From: an uncultured Chloroflexia bacterium
GTDB taxonomy: Bacteria > Chloroflexota > Limnocylindria > QHBO01
NCBI GenBank assembly: GCA_963783495.1
Contig: CAWANT010000006.1
Location: forward strand, 274,248 to 338,247
Direction of reading: 5' to 3'
Length of the DNA stretch: 64,000 bases
Shown: positions 29,474-38,342 of the stretch, piece by piece
How positions within the stretch are numbered: position 1 is the stretch's first letter
How the letters are laid out: each line of letters opens with the position of its first letter
Made by a program: the position numbers and the translations under genes
The notes under the pieces: model-generated
Told to the model about the DNA's origin: nothing
Seen by the model: only the letters and a program-made list of their open reading frames with translations
Database searches by the model: none

Positions 29474-29665
29474 ACCGGCGCGCTCCTTTCCGTGTCAGGC
29501 GTGCTCGGGAGCAGTCACCACCGTAGGCCCGTGAGGCCGCCAGAGGCACTAGCACGGTGGTCCGGTTGGACCCCCTGACTCGGGTGCCGCTGGGTCAGGG
29601 GTAAGGCATGACCTTCGGGCCATCGCGGGCACATTCCGCGCTCAGCACGGGCCTTCGACGACAGC
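29474..29665 (-). ncRNA. Candidate structured RNA / cis-regulatory leader of the CAP gene
   Basis: Nested inverted repeats forming a ~150-nt rod plus a mutually exclusive 8-bp helix; family not recognised; strand inferred. Confidence 0.4.
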
Positions 29666-29715
29666 GGGATAATGGCGATGGCCGATCCAATGGCAGGCTT
29701 AGCACGGAGGGCTCG

Positions 29716-30112
29716 ATGAGCGAGCGTCCGGATACCGCCGATGCGCCCGAGGGCAGTGGGGCGCCGAATCCCGACCAGGGCGATGGCCCGTGGCCGAACG
29801 GGATGCCGTACACCGTCCAGTTTCCCGGCGAGGCCGGGGACGCGGCCGACCTCGAACATCCCGCTCCCCTGCCGAGAGCCGGGGACGTGGTCGAATACAT
29901 CGATGAGACTGGCGCCACGCATCGATATCGGGTCCGCGAGGTGGTTCACACCCTGCAGACCACGTCCGCTCATCGCCCGCATGTCGCCGACGGTCCCGCG
30001 TCGCCCCAGGCGATCGCTCGCGTGGCCGACGGCGACACGGCGGAGCAGCCTGGCGAGGGTGGCGAGCTGCGAGCCGGCCTGCCGAAGGTCGATCCTGGAG
30101 GCGGCTGACTAG
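29716..30112 (+). CDS. Hypothetical protein (C-terminal frameshift)
   Basis: GGAGG RBS; PLPRAGDVVEYID...YRVREVVH beta-rich core. Confidence 0.55.
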
Positions 30113-30178
30113 GGCCATCCCGCGTCCGGCTGGGCCGGCGTAACGCTCGATTTAACCCTCGCTTGCTACGCTTCTGCC

Positions 30179-30637
30179 ATGGAAAGGCTGCGCATCCTGT
30201 TCGTGTGCACCCATAACTCCGCCCGCTCGCAGATGGCCGAGGGATTCCTCAGGGAGTACGCCGGCGATCGCTTCGAGGTCTTCTCGGCGGGGACGGAAAC
30301 CACCTCCGTGCGGCCCGAGGCCATCAGGGCCATGGCCGAGGTCGGCATCGACATCTCGGACCACGAGAGCAAGACCGTGGACCGCTACCGTGGCGAGTCG
30401 TTCGCGTGGGTGATCACCGTCTGCGACCAGGCTCGCGAGGCATGTCCAGTCTTCCCTGGCGCCGGGGAGACTGCTCATTGGGGATTCGACGACCCGTCGG
30501 AAGCGACGGGTGACGATGACGAGCGAATGGCGGTGTTCCGTCGGGTGCGCGACGAGATCGCCAGGCGGATCCGCATCTTCGCCCTCGCCGCCGGTCGCAC
30601 CGACGTTCCCGCGCCGCAAACGACCGTCCTGAGCTAA
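30179..30637 (+). CDS. arsC: Arsenate reductase, LMW-PTPase (thioredoxin) type
   Basis: CTHNSARSQMAE P-loop, TVCDQAREACPVFPG, HWGFDDP. Confidence 0.9.
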   Translation: MERLRILFVCTHNSARSQMAEGFLREYAGDRFEVFSAGTETTSVRPEAIRAMAEVGIDISDHESKTVDRYRGESFAWVITVCDQAREACPVFPGAGETAHWGFDDPSEATGDDDERMAVFRRVRDEIARRIRIFALAAGRTDVPAPQTTVLS

Positions 30638-30682
30638 GCGCCGCCACCCAGCCTCCGGCAGCTGGCCGCGTTATGACTGGCA

Positions 30683-30706
30683 TATATTGACAGTCGTCAA
30701 TATAAT
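30683..30706 (+). promoter_or_regulatory. ArsR-type operator palindrome TATATTGAC-N4-GTCAATATA overlapping a TATAAT -10 box
   Basis: Perfect 9-4-9 inverted repeat at 30683-30704; TATAAT at 30701-30706; ATG 6 nt later. Confidence 0.8.
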
Positions 30707-30712
30707 GGCAGC

Positions 30713-31005
30713 ATGAAGGGCGCCGATCCAGAAGTCCAGCTGCTGCAGGCCATGGCCGATCCCGTTCGGCTTTCCATCGTCCGGCAGCTGGCCGCCTCGA
30801 CGACTCGGTCTGCGCCTGCGACTTCACCGAGTGCTGCACCGTCAGCCAGCCGACCGTCAGCCATCACTTGAAGGTCCTGCGCGATGCTGGCGTCGTCACC
30901 ACTCGCCGTCAGGGCACCTACATCTACTACCGGCTTGCCCCAGACTTCGCGCGGCGCTGGGGCAACTTGAGCGCCAGCCTGGCCGGCCTGGTGGCAATCG
31001 CCTGA
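30713..31005 (+). CDS. arsR: ArsR/SmtB family regulator (one frameshift near 30800; missed by ORF track)
   Basis: MADPVRLSIVRQL / VCACDFTECCTVSQPTVSHHLKVLRDAGVVTTRRQGTYIYYRL. Confidence 0.85.
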
Positions 31006-31020
31006 ACCGAGGAGGGTCCG

Positions 31021-31842
31021 ATGAGCCTACCCACCGAATCGACAATCCATGAGGAGGTCCGTCAGCGCTACGCAGCCTCCGCCCGCCAGGTCATGTCGTC
31101 CGGCAATGCCGCGTGCTGCGGCGAGGACGGCATCGGCGCCGAGCTGTACAGCGCGCTCGAGAAGCAGGAACTGCCCGATGCCGCCGTGCTGGCTTCCCTC
31201 GGCTGCGGCAACCCGACCGCGGTTGCCGAGCTGCGCGAGGGTGAGCGGGTCCTGGACCTGGGCTCGGGCGGCGGCATCGACGTGCTGCTGTCGGCCAAGC
31301 GCGTGGGACCGAGCGGTCGCGCCATCGGCCTGGACATGACCGACGAGATGCTGGCCCTCGCACAGCGCAATGCCGCGGACGCGGGCGCGTCGAACGTGGA
31401 GTTCCTGAAGGGCCACATCGAGGCCATTCCGCTGCCGGCCGATTCCATCGATGTCGTGATCAGCAACTGCGTCATCAACCTGGCGGCCGACAAGCCGGCC
31501 GTCTTTCGTGAGATCGCCAGGGTGCTGAAGCCCGGCGGTCGCATGGGGGTGAGTGACATCGTGGCCGAGGACACGTTGACGGCCTCCGAGCGAGCGGAGC
31601 GCGGGTCGTACGTCGGGTGCATCGCGGGCGCCTTGTCAGTCAGCGAATACGAGGCGGGCCTGACGACCGCCGGCCTCAGCGAGATCTCGGTCACGCCGAC
31701 CCACCCCGTCGCGGAAGGCATGCACAGCGCCATCATCAGGGCCGCCAAGCCGCAGGATGCCACGCCATCGGTTGACGTTTTGGACTCCGGCGAGCTGCCG
31801 CTGGCCGCGACCGGATGCTGCGGTGGGGGCGGCTGCTGCTGA
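31021..31842 (+). CDS. arsM: Arsenite S-adenosylmethionine methyltransferase
   Basis: [33 protein letters not shown]; Cys-rich termini. Confidence 0.92.
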   Translation: MSLPTESTIHEEVRQRYAASARQVMSSGNAACCGEDGIGAELYSALEKQELPDAAVLASLGCGNPTAVAELREGERVLDLGSGGGIDVLLSAKRVGPSGRAIGLDMTDEMLALAQRNAADAGASNVEFLKGHIEAIPLPADSIDVVISNCVINLAADKPAVFREIARVLKPGGRMGVSDIVAEDTLTASERAERGSYVGCIAGALSVSEYEAGLTTAGLSEISVTPTHPVAEGMHSAIIRAAKPQDATPSVDVLDSGELPLAATGCCGGGGCC

Positions 31843-31895
31843 CGTTCGCCGCGTGGGAAGGCGGGTCGGGGTTCCTGCGCCCATGCTCGAGGTGG

Positions 31896-31972
31896 TGGGG
31901 TGGCCTACGGGTTTCGAACCCGTAACCTTCGGAGCCACAATCCGATGCTCTGCCAGTTGAGCTAAGGCCACC
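31896..31972 (-). tRNA. tRNA-His (anticodon GUG)
   Basis: GGTGGCCT 8-bp acceptor with G-1; TCGGA-TTGTGGC-TCCGA; TTCGAAA T-loop; encoded CCA. Confidence 0.95.
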
Positions 31973-32139
31973 ACGCAGTCGCTCGCACGCCGAAACGGGT
32001 CAGCACGGCGCGGGCGCGCACGATATTACTATGCTGGGCCGCCTTACGCTCCTTCTGACATCCTGGCGCGCACGCTGGCGGTGCACCCGGGCACCAATGT
32101 CATGGTCATTGCAAGGTTGACGGGGTACCGTGCGACGCA

Positions 32140-32626
32140 ATGACCCGCTCGACGCGTTTTGCGATTCTGTTCGGCATCTTGCTGATCCTGGTCGCGGGCA
32201 GCGCGCTCGCCACCCAGATGTCGCAGCCGGGCCGGACCGAGACGCTGAGCCAGGAGCCGGAGACGCCGCCGAGTGCCGAAGACCTGGGCCACGCGGTCGA
32301 TCGCCTCAACGCTGGCCGGCATCCAGGCCACATCCGACCAGCTGCAGTCCCTTGCCGCTGACTACGGGTTGGGCGGCGCCGTCCGCCTGCTGGCCTGGGC
32401 CGATGCCACTGATATGAGCCTCGCCGATCTGCGGGCGATGCGCGACGAAGGCGCCGGCTGGGGCCAGATGGCGCTCGAGCTTGGCGTCAGCCCGGGCATC
32501 GGCTCGATCATGGGGAATGGCGCGGAGGCGGCCGGCGGGCACGGCCGCGACAGCGCGCCGGGCCAGCAAAAGCCGAAGCCGGACGGCGGCGACGAGGACG
32601 AGGCCGCGGAGTCGCCGGGCAGCTGA
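32140..32626 (+). CDS. Secreted hypothetical protein (frameshifted)
   Basis: Signal peptide in one frame; MRDEGAGWGQMALELGV and SAPGQQK in the next. Confidence 0.6.
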
Positions 32627-32658
32627 CTCCCCGAATCCGAGGATCCATCCGCAGGCCT

Positions 32659-33537
32659 ATGCTGTTGGGGCCGATGACCCTGTATCACCTCGATTCCACG
32701 CCCCGCCTCGATTCACCCATCGTGGTTGCCGCCTTCGACGGCTGGGTGGATGGTGGCCGCGCCGGCACCCTGGCCGCCGACCAGCTGGCCGATGGAGGGC
32801 AACCCATCGCCACCTTCGACACCGATCGGATCTACGACTACCGCGCCCGCCGGCCGACCCTGCAGATCCTCAATGGCAAGCTGATGGATCTCGACTGGCC
32901 TGAGCTGCGCCTGGTCTCCACGCGCGTCGGCGAGCGGGACCTGCTGGTGCTGACCGGGGCAGAGCCCGACTACCTCTGGCGCCAGCTCCAGAGCGACGTG
33001 GTCGGACTGGCCAAGGAGCTCGGCGTGGTGACCTGGGTGAGCCTGGGCGCCATTCCGGCAACGGTGCCCCACACCCGACCGGTGCCGATCCTGGGCACCG
33101 CCTCTGTTGCCGGCCTGCTTCCCGAAGACGTGCCGCAGGGGCCCGATGGTGAGCTGCGAGTGCCCTCGGCACTGGTCTCCGTGCTCGAGCTGGCGGTCAG
33201 CCAGGCTGGCATACCGTCACTCGGCTTCTTCGCCCAGGTGCCGCACTACGCCTCCGGCGCATTCCCGAATGCCGCAGTCGAGCTGCTGGGTCGCCTCGGC
33301 AACTTCCTGGGCACCGATGTGCCCCTCGGCGACCTGCCGAAGCGTGCCCTGGAGACGCGGACGTTGCTGGATGCCGCCGTGTCCGCGGAGGAGCGCACCC
33401 GCTCCTATGTCGAGCGCCTGGAGGCAATGGCCGACGAGGCGCGGCTGCCGGCCGGGGATGAGCTGATCGCCGACATCGAGCGCTTCCTGCGCGAAGGCGG
33501 CAGAGGCTCGGACGAGGGCGGCGGGCTGCCGAACTAG
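32659..33537 (+). CDS. PAC2 (proteasome assembly chaperone) family protein
   Basis: FDGWVDGG, YDYRARRP, GAEPD, VPHTRP, AQVPHY; true start probably ATG 32674. Confidence 0.88.
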   Translation: MLLGPMTLYHLDSTPRLDSPIVVAAFDGWVDGGRAGTLAADQLADGGQPIATFDTDRIYDYRARRPTLQILNGKLMDLDWPELRLVSTRVGERDLLVLTGAEPDYLWRQLQSDVVGLAKELGVVTWVSLGAIPATVPHTRPVPILGTASVAGLLPEDVPQGPDGELRVPSALVSVLELAVSQAGIPSLGFFAQVPHYASGAFPNAAVELLGRLGNFLGTDVPLGDLPKRALETRTLLDAAVSAEERTRSYVERLEAMADEARLPAGDELIADIERFLREGGRGSDEGGGLPN

Positions 33538-33801
33538 CCCCGCGACCCGATCGCGCGCACCGCCAGCAGCACCAGCGCGGATCCCAGGATTGCGAGCACG
33601 ATCGCGCCAAGGATGCCGCCGGCCGCGTCCTGGCCCAGCAGCTCGGTCCAGATCCAGCCACCCAGCAGGCCGCCGATGATCCCGATCACGGTGGTGCCGA
33701 TGCAGCCCATGCCGCGCGCGACCCGGCACGAACCAGCCGGCCAGGCCGCCGGCAATCAGGCCGATCAGGATCCAGAGAAGCGGATTGAGGTCTTCGGGCA
33801 T
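33534..33801 (-). CDS. GlsB/YeaQ/YmgE family membrane protein (frameshifted)
   Basis: WILIGLIAGGLAGWFVPG / IGIIGGLLGGWI...AILGSALVL. Confidence 0.8.
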
Positions 33802-33813
33802 GGCCCGGGCATG

Positions 33814-34318
33814 CTACGACGCGACAGGGTCGAAGGGCGCATTGAAATCCGCGATCACCGCCCCGTTGCGGACCGTGGCAGGGAAGGCGATCAGCGACGG
33901 CCCATCGGGCTCGAACGGAATGCCTTCAAAGGTCCACGTGGCGCCGTCGCAGTCGCGCAGACGATCTCCACTGATCTCCAGCGGGCAGTCACTGGTCGGG
34001 CTCCATGCCCCGACCACGGAGTAGCCGCCGCGGCCGGGCAACGGGCGCCACCACGACCGTGTAGCCCACGAGCTCGTCGCGCACCACCTCGCCGCGCAAC
34101 CCATGGCTGTCGTTGAGCACGATTTCGACCTGTTGAGGACCCGCGTCCGCGGCTCCGATGGACAGGAGCGGGTAGCGCGCGTCGTCGCGGGGGTCGGCGA
34201 GGCTGAAGATGAACGGTCGAACCAGAAGCGTGATGCCCAGCAGCACCGCGATCGCCAAGGCCGCCAGGATCGCGTAGCGGCCGATCGGCACCGGCGCCTG
34301 GTCCCGGTCAGCGGTCAC
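33814..34318 (-). CDS. Membrane-anchored Rieske-like protein lacking Fe-S ligands (frameshifted)
   Basis: GTGA overlap with the upstream stop; N-terminal TM; AWSPTSDC...RLRDCDGATWTFEG...SLIAFPATVRNGAVIADF. Confidence 0.55.
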
Positions 34319-35009
34319 TCGACGAGCTCCAGCTCCACCAGCGTCGCGCCGGTCACGTTCACGAGCAACGTGCCGTTCCGTCGCGCGGTCCGGGCCTCGA
34401 TCCCCCGCTGGACCAGCGTGGCGTGGCCGTGCAGCCACAACGGAGGGGCCAGCCGATCCAGCAGCCAGCGGTAGGCGGTGAACCCGCGGTGCGCGTGGTC
34501 GGGCGCGTCGTTCACCCCTCGTGGAGCGGCGTGGGTCAGGACCAGCAACGGCCGCCGCGACGGCCGCGCCCGGCCAGGATCGGAGCACCCGGCGCCACAT
34601 GGCGGTGCCGGACACCTGCTGCTCGGTGCTGGCCCGTCCGTGCGGCGCATACCGCGGCGCACCGGAGAAGGGCAGCAGGCGCAGGCCGTGCTCATCAACC
34701 ACCCGTCCGTCGGGCAGCGGCTCGGGCACGTGCTCGTGCTCGGCATCCGCCCAGGCGGCGCCCACGTCGTGGTTGCCGCGCACGTACAGCAGCGGAACCT
34801 CGAACGCATCGGCCAAGAAGGCCAGGTAGGAGGGATCCAGGTCACCGGCGCCAAGGACCAGGTCGATCGGGCCGATCACCCGACGGGTCGCGGCCGCCTC
34901 CAGCGCCGGATCGATCTCGTCGGAGACCGCCAGCAGCCGGATCGGACGCCCGTCGCGCTCGGCGAAGAGCGGCCGCATCGGGCCACGGCAGGCGCAGCCG
35001 ATCGGTCAC
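34315..35009 (-). CDS. Calcineurin-like metallophosphoesterase (frameshifted)
   Basis: LAVSDE, GAGDL, YVRGNHD, LTHAAPRG, AHRGF, WLHGH; GTGA overlap. Confidence 0.85.
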
Positions 35010-35570
35010 TCGGCATCCTCGATCGTCTCGCTCTCGCCGGTGAGCGCCTCGCGTCGCAGCTCGTCCACGCTCGTCCGGTGCTCGGCGGTTCGGGATTGCC
35101 GCCCGCTGGCGGCCTGCCGCAGCTCATCGGCCCCGGCCAGCAGCGTGGCCGCATCGCTGTGGTGCTCGTCGGCGGCGCCTCGCGCGACGCCGGGCACCAG
35201 CAGCTCGGTCACCTCCCCGTCGACCGCGACGGCGCCCGCCCGCCGAGCGGCAGCCACGCGGTTGTGGCCATCGGCCACGTAGTAGTCGTCGCCAACCTGC
35301 AGCAGGTCGACGGCCGGCAGCACGGACAGCTGCGTCGTTGGCCTTGCGGATGCGATCCCAGCGCGCACGCCAGTTCTTCCCGCGCAGGCGCGGGAGCGGC
35401 AGGAAGTCCGCCGTGTTCTGTGACGGATGGCGCGCCGTTCCCACGATGCGGTCGATCGGCACCACGCGCAGGCCACGCGGCCGCCGCAGGGCGGTGGTAG
35501 CCGCGGGGAAGCGGTCGTACAGTGACGGCAGGATCGGGGCCTCACGCCTGAGGAGGCCACGTCGGAGCAT
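35006..35570 (-). CDS. ParB/Sulfiredoxin N-terminal domain protein (one frameshift)
   Basis: VPIDRIVG...DFLPLP...RWDRI / LPAVDLLQVGDDYYVADGHNRVAAAR. Confidence 0.8.
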
Positions 35571-35668
35571 GACGGAGCACCTTGCGGGGTGCACTATGAT
35601 GACAGCCTTCGCGGCGTCCACCCATCCGCTGCTGGGGTTCGCGCCTTGCCTGGGAGGATGTTGTTTTC

Positions 35669-36757
35669 ATGGCGACCGTGACCTTTGACCACGTTTACAA
35701 GCGCTACAGCGCTGACGTCGTGGCAGTCAACGATCTGAACCTGGAGATCGCTGACGGTGAGTTCCTGGTGCTGGTCGGCCCATCGGGCTGCGGCAAGACG
35801 ACGGCGCTGCGCTGCGTGGCCGGGCTGGAGACCATCACCGACGGCAAGCTGCTCATCGGCGACCGGGTGGTGAACGACGTGGCCCCGAAGGATCGGGACA
35901 TCGCCATGGTCTTCCAGAGCTATGCGCTGTATCCGCATATGTCGGTCTACGACAACCTCGCCTTCGGGCTGAAGCTGCGCAAGACGCCCAAGTCCGACAT
36001 CGACCGGCGCGTCAAGGAAGCGGCCGCCATCCTGGGCCTGGACAAGTTCCTCGATCGCAAGCCGAAGGCGCTCTCCGGCGGGCAGCGGCAGCGCGTGGCC
36101 CTGGGACGCGCGATCGTGCGCGAGCCGGCCGTGTTCCTCATGGACGAGCCGCTCTCCAACCTGGACGCCAAGCTCCGCGTGCAGACCCGCGCCGAGATCG
36201 CGCGGCTCCACCAGCGGCTCGGCACCACCACCGTCTACGTCACCCACGACCAGGTCGAGGCGATGACCATGGGCGACCGGATCGCGGTCATGCGCGACGG
36301 CCTCCTGCAGCAGGTGGGCACGCCGCAAGACCTCTACGACAGCCCGGTCAACGTCTTCGTGGCTGGCTTCATCGGCTCGCCGGCCATGAATTTCGCCACG
36401 GTCAAGGCGACCGAGGGCGAAGACCTGATGCTCGGCAGCGCCAAGCTCGTGCTCTCCGGCAGGGCCGCCCAGGCGGCCGCCCAGCGCCCGCGCGGCAGCG
36501 ACCTGCTGATCGGGTTCCGCCCGGAGCACCTGGACATCGCCGATGGGCAAGGTGACATCGTCCGTATCCCGGCCCGCGTCGACGTGGTCGAGTACCTGGG
36601 CAACGAGGAGCTGATCCACGCCCAGGCGGAGGGCAGCGAGATCGTGGCCCTTGTCCCGTCCGACCGCCAGGTCAAGCCCGGGCAGGACATCGAGCTGGGT
36701 GTGCCGCTCGACAAGCTGCACGTCTTCGATCCGGAGACGGAGCAAGCGCTGATCTGA
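35669..36757 (+). CDS. Sugar ABC transporter ATPase (MsmX/MsiK/UgpC-like)
   Basis: GPSGCGKTT, MVFQSYALYPHM, LSGGQRQR, DEPLSNLDAKLR, C-terminal TOBE domain. Confidence 0.95.
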   Translation: MATVTFDHVYKRYSADVVAVNDLNLEIADGEFLVLVGPSGCGKTTALRCVAGLETITDGKLLIGDRVVNDVAPKDRDIAMVFQSYALYPHMSVYDNLAFGLKLRKTPKSDIDRRVKEAAAILGLDKFLDRKPKALSGGQRQRVALGRAIVREPAVFLMDEPLSNLDAKLRVQTRAEIARLHQRLGTTTVYVTHDQVEAMTMGDRIAVMRDGLLQQVGTPQDLYDSPVNVFVAGFIGSPAMNFATVKATEGEDLMLGSAKLVLSGRAAQAAAQRPRGSDLLIGFRPEHLDIADGQGDIVRIPARVDVVEYLGNEELIHAQAEGSEIVALVPSDRQVKPGQDIELGVPLDKLHVFDPETEQALI

Positions 36758-36895
36758 CAACCGAATAGAGCGGCGTGGCCGACCAGGCTGCGCCCACGGG
36801 CGGACACCGAGCTCGTCCGTAGCGATCCCGAAATGTTGGCTCGCGACGTGCACTGATGACGGCGTCGAGCCGAGCACGACTGTGGAGGAGCTTGC

Positions 36896-38257
36896 ATGAC
36901 CGGTCGATTGAGATATGTGGCCCCCGTCATCGCCGTGATGCTGGTGGTGGTGGCCTGCAGCAGCCCGTCCAGCAGCGGCAGTGGCGCTGGCAGCGGCGGC
37001 TACGTCTTCCAGGGGCCGAACGGCGCCCTGAATACCCAGTTCGGCAACGGCGGCGACTGCCTGTTCACGGATCCGCCGGGCTGCTTCCTGCACCACCAGG
37101 CCAGCTTCATGGCCGGCGAGACCGGATTCTTCGAGGTGAACTTCCCGGACGTCGCCGTATCGGGCGAGACATACGACTTCTTCCCGATGCCGCCGATGGA
37201 ATTCAACGGCATCACCACCTCGGCCGACCTGTTCGGCATGTTCAACGACACCCCGCAGGCAGCTTCACTGATGCGCTACCTCGTGACGGCGCAGGCGCAG
37301 GCCATCTGGCCGTCGCGCGGCGGTGCGGTGTCCGGCAACTCGGCGGTCCCGCTGGACAGCTATCCGGACCCGACCTCCATGCGCCTGGCTGAGGCCCTGA
37401 CCCAAGCCGAAACGGTGCGATACGACGCGTCGGACAAGATGCCGGCTGAGATGGAGGCGGCCTTCCGTACCGCGATCCTCAACTACGTCCAGAATCCCAG
37501 CGATCTCGACAACCAGCTGAATACGCTGGAGGCGACGCGGGAAACGGCCTACGCGGAGATCACCGAGGCCGATCCGCCCGTCGCCACCGCACCACCGGCC
37601 GAGGACGCCGGCCTGGGCGGCGAGATCAACATCCTCGCGGTCTGGGCGGACGCCGAGCAGGAGTCCTTCGAGGCCGTGATCGCCCCGTGGGTCGAGGCCA
37701 CCGGCGTGACGGTGAACTACGAGTCCACGCGAGACATCAACGCAACCCTCACGACCCGCATCGAGGGCGGCAACCCGCCCGACGTGGCGGGACTCCCCGG
37801 CCCCGGCGCGATGGCGCAGTTCGCGCGAACCGGCGACGTCTTCTCGCTGGAGAACGTGATCGACACGGAGGCGATGGCCCAGGAGTGGAACGAGGGCCTG
37901 ATCTCCGACGGCAGCGTCGACGGCCACCTGGTCGGCATCTTCATCAAGGTCAGCCCCAAGGGCTTCATCTGGTACAACCCGGAGCGCTTCACCGAGAAGG
38001 GCTACGAGGTCCCAGAGGACTTCGACGGGATGAACGCCCTGGTTGACCAGATCAAGGCTGACGGCACCACGCCCTGGGGCATCGGCCTGAACAGCGGCGC
38101 CGGCTCCGAGGGATGGCCCGGCACCGACTGGATCGAGGACTTCGTCCTGCGCCAGTCCGGTCCCGAGATCTACGACGCCTGGTGGCAGGGCACCCAGGCG
38201 TGGAACTCGCCGGAGATCAAGGAAGCCTTCGAGGCGTTCGGCAAGTGGGCCAGCTGA
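36896..38257 (+). CDS. Sugar ABC substrate-binding lipoprotein (AglE-like), circularly permuted
   Basis: Lipobox VVAC; DPPGCFLHHQASF and RYDASDKMP precede TGVTVNYE, GGNPPDVAGLPGPG and GWPGTDWIED. Confidence 0.85.
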   Translation: MTGRLRYVAPVIAVMLVVVACSSPSSSGSGAGSGGYVFQGPNGALNTQFGNGGDCLFTDPPGCFLHHQASFMAGETGFFEVNFPDVAVSGETYDFFPMPPMEFNGITTSADLFGMFNDTPQAASLMRYLVTAQAQAIWPSRGGAVSGNSAVPLDSYPDPTSMRLAEALTQAETVRYDASDKMPAEMEAAFRTAILNYVQNPSDLDNQLNTLEATRETAYAEITEADPPVATAPPAEDAGLGGEINILAVWADAEQESFEAVIAPWVEATGVTVNYESTRDINATLTTRIEGGNPPDVAGLPGPGAMAQFARTGDVFSLENVIDTEAMAQEWNEGLISDGSVDGHLVGIFIKVSPKGFIWYNPERFTEKGYEVPEDFDGMNALVDQIKADGTTPWGIGLNSGAGSEGWPGTDWIEDFVLRQSGPEIYDAWWQGTQAWNSPEIKEAFEAFGKWAS

Positions 38258-38271
38258 GCGCCAGCTGATCT

Positions 38272-38303
38272 GACGGTGGGCCGGCTCCGGCCGGCCCACC
38301 GTC
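38272..38303 (+). terminator. 14-bp hairpin after the binding-protein gene (terminator or mRNA-stabilising stem)
   Basis: GACGGTGGGCCGGC-TCCG-GCCGGCCCACCGTC. Confidence 0.65.
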
Positions 38304-38342
38304 CAACCCAAACGCAGCGCACCGCCCAAGCAGGAGGAGAGC

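Noticed and set aside
29474-29665. Assignment of the structured leader to c-di-AMP, c-di-GMP, SAM, SRP or glmS families
   Set aside because: None of their conserved sequence motifs could be found by eye on either strand. Left unassigned.
22493-31972. Integrative element bounded by the two tRNAs
   Set aside because: No integrase, transposase or duplicated tRNA 3' end (att site) was seen, and the cargo looks like ordinary chromosome.
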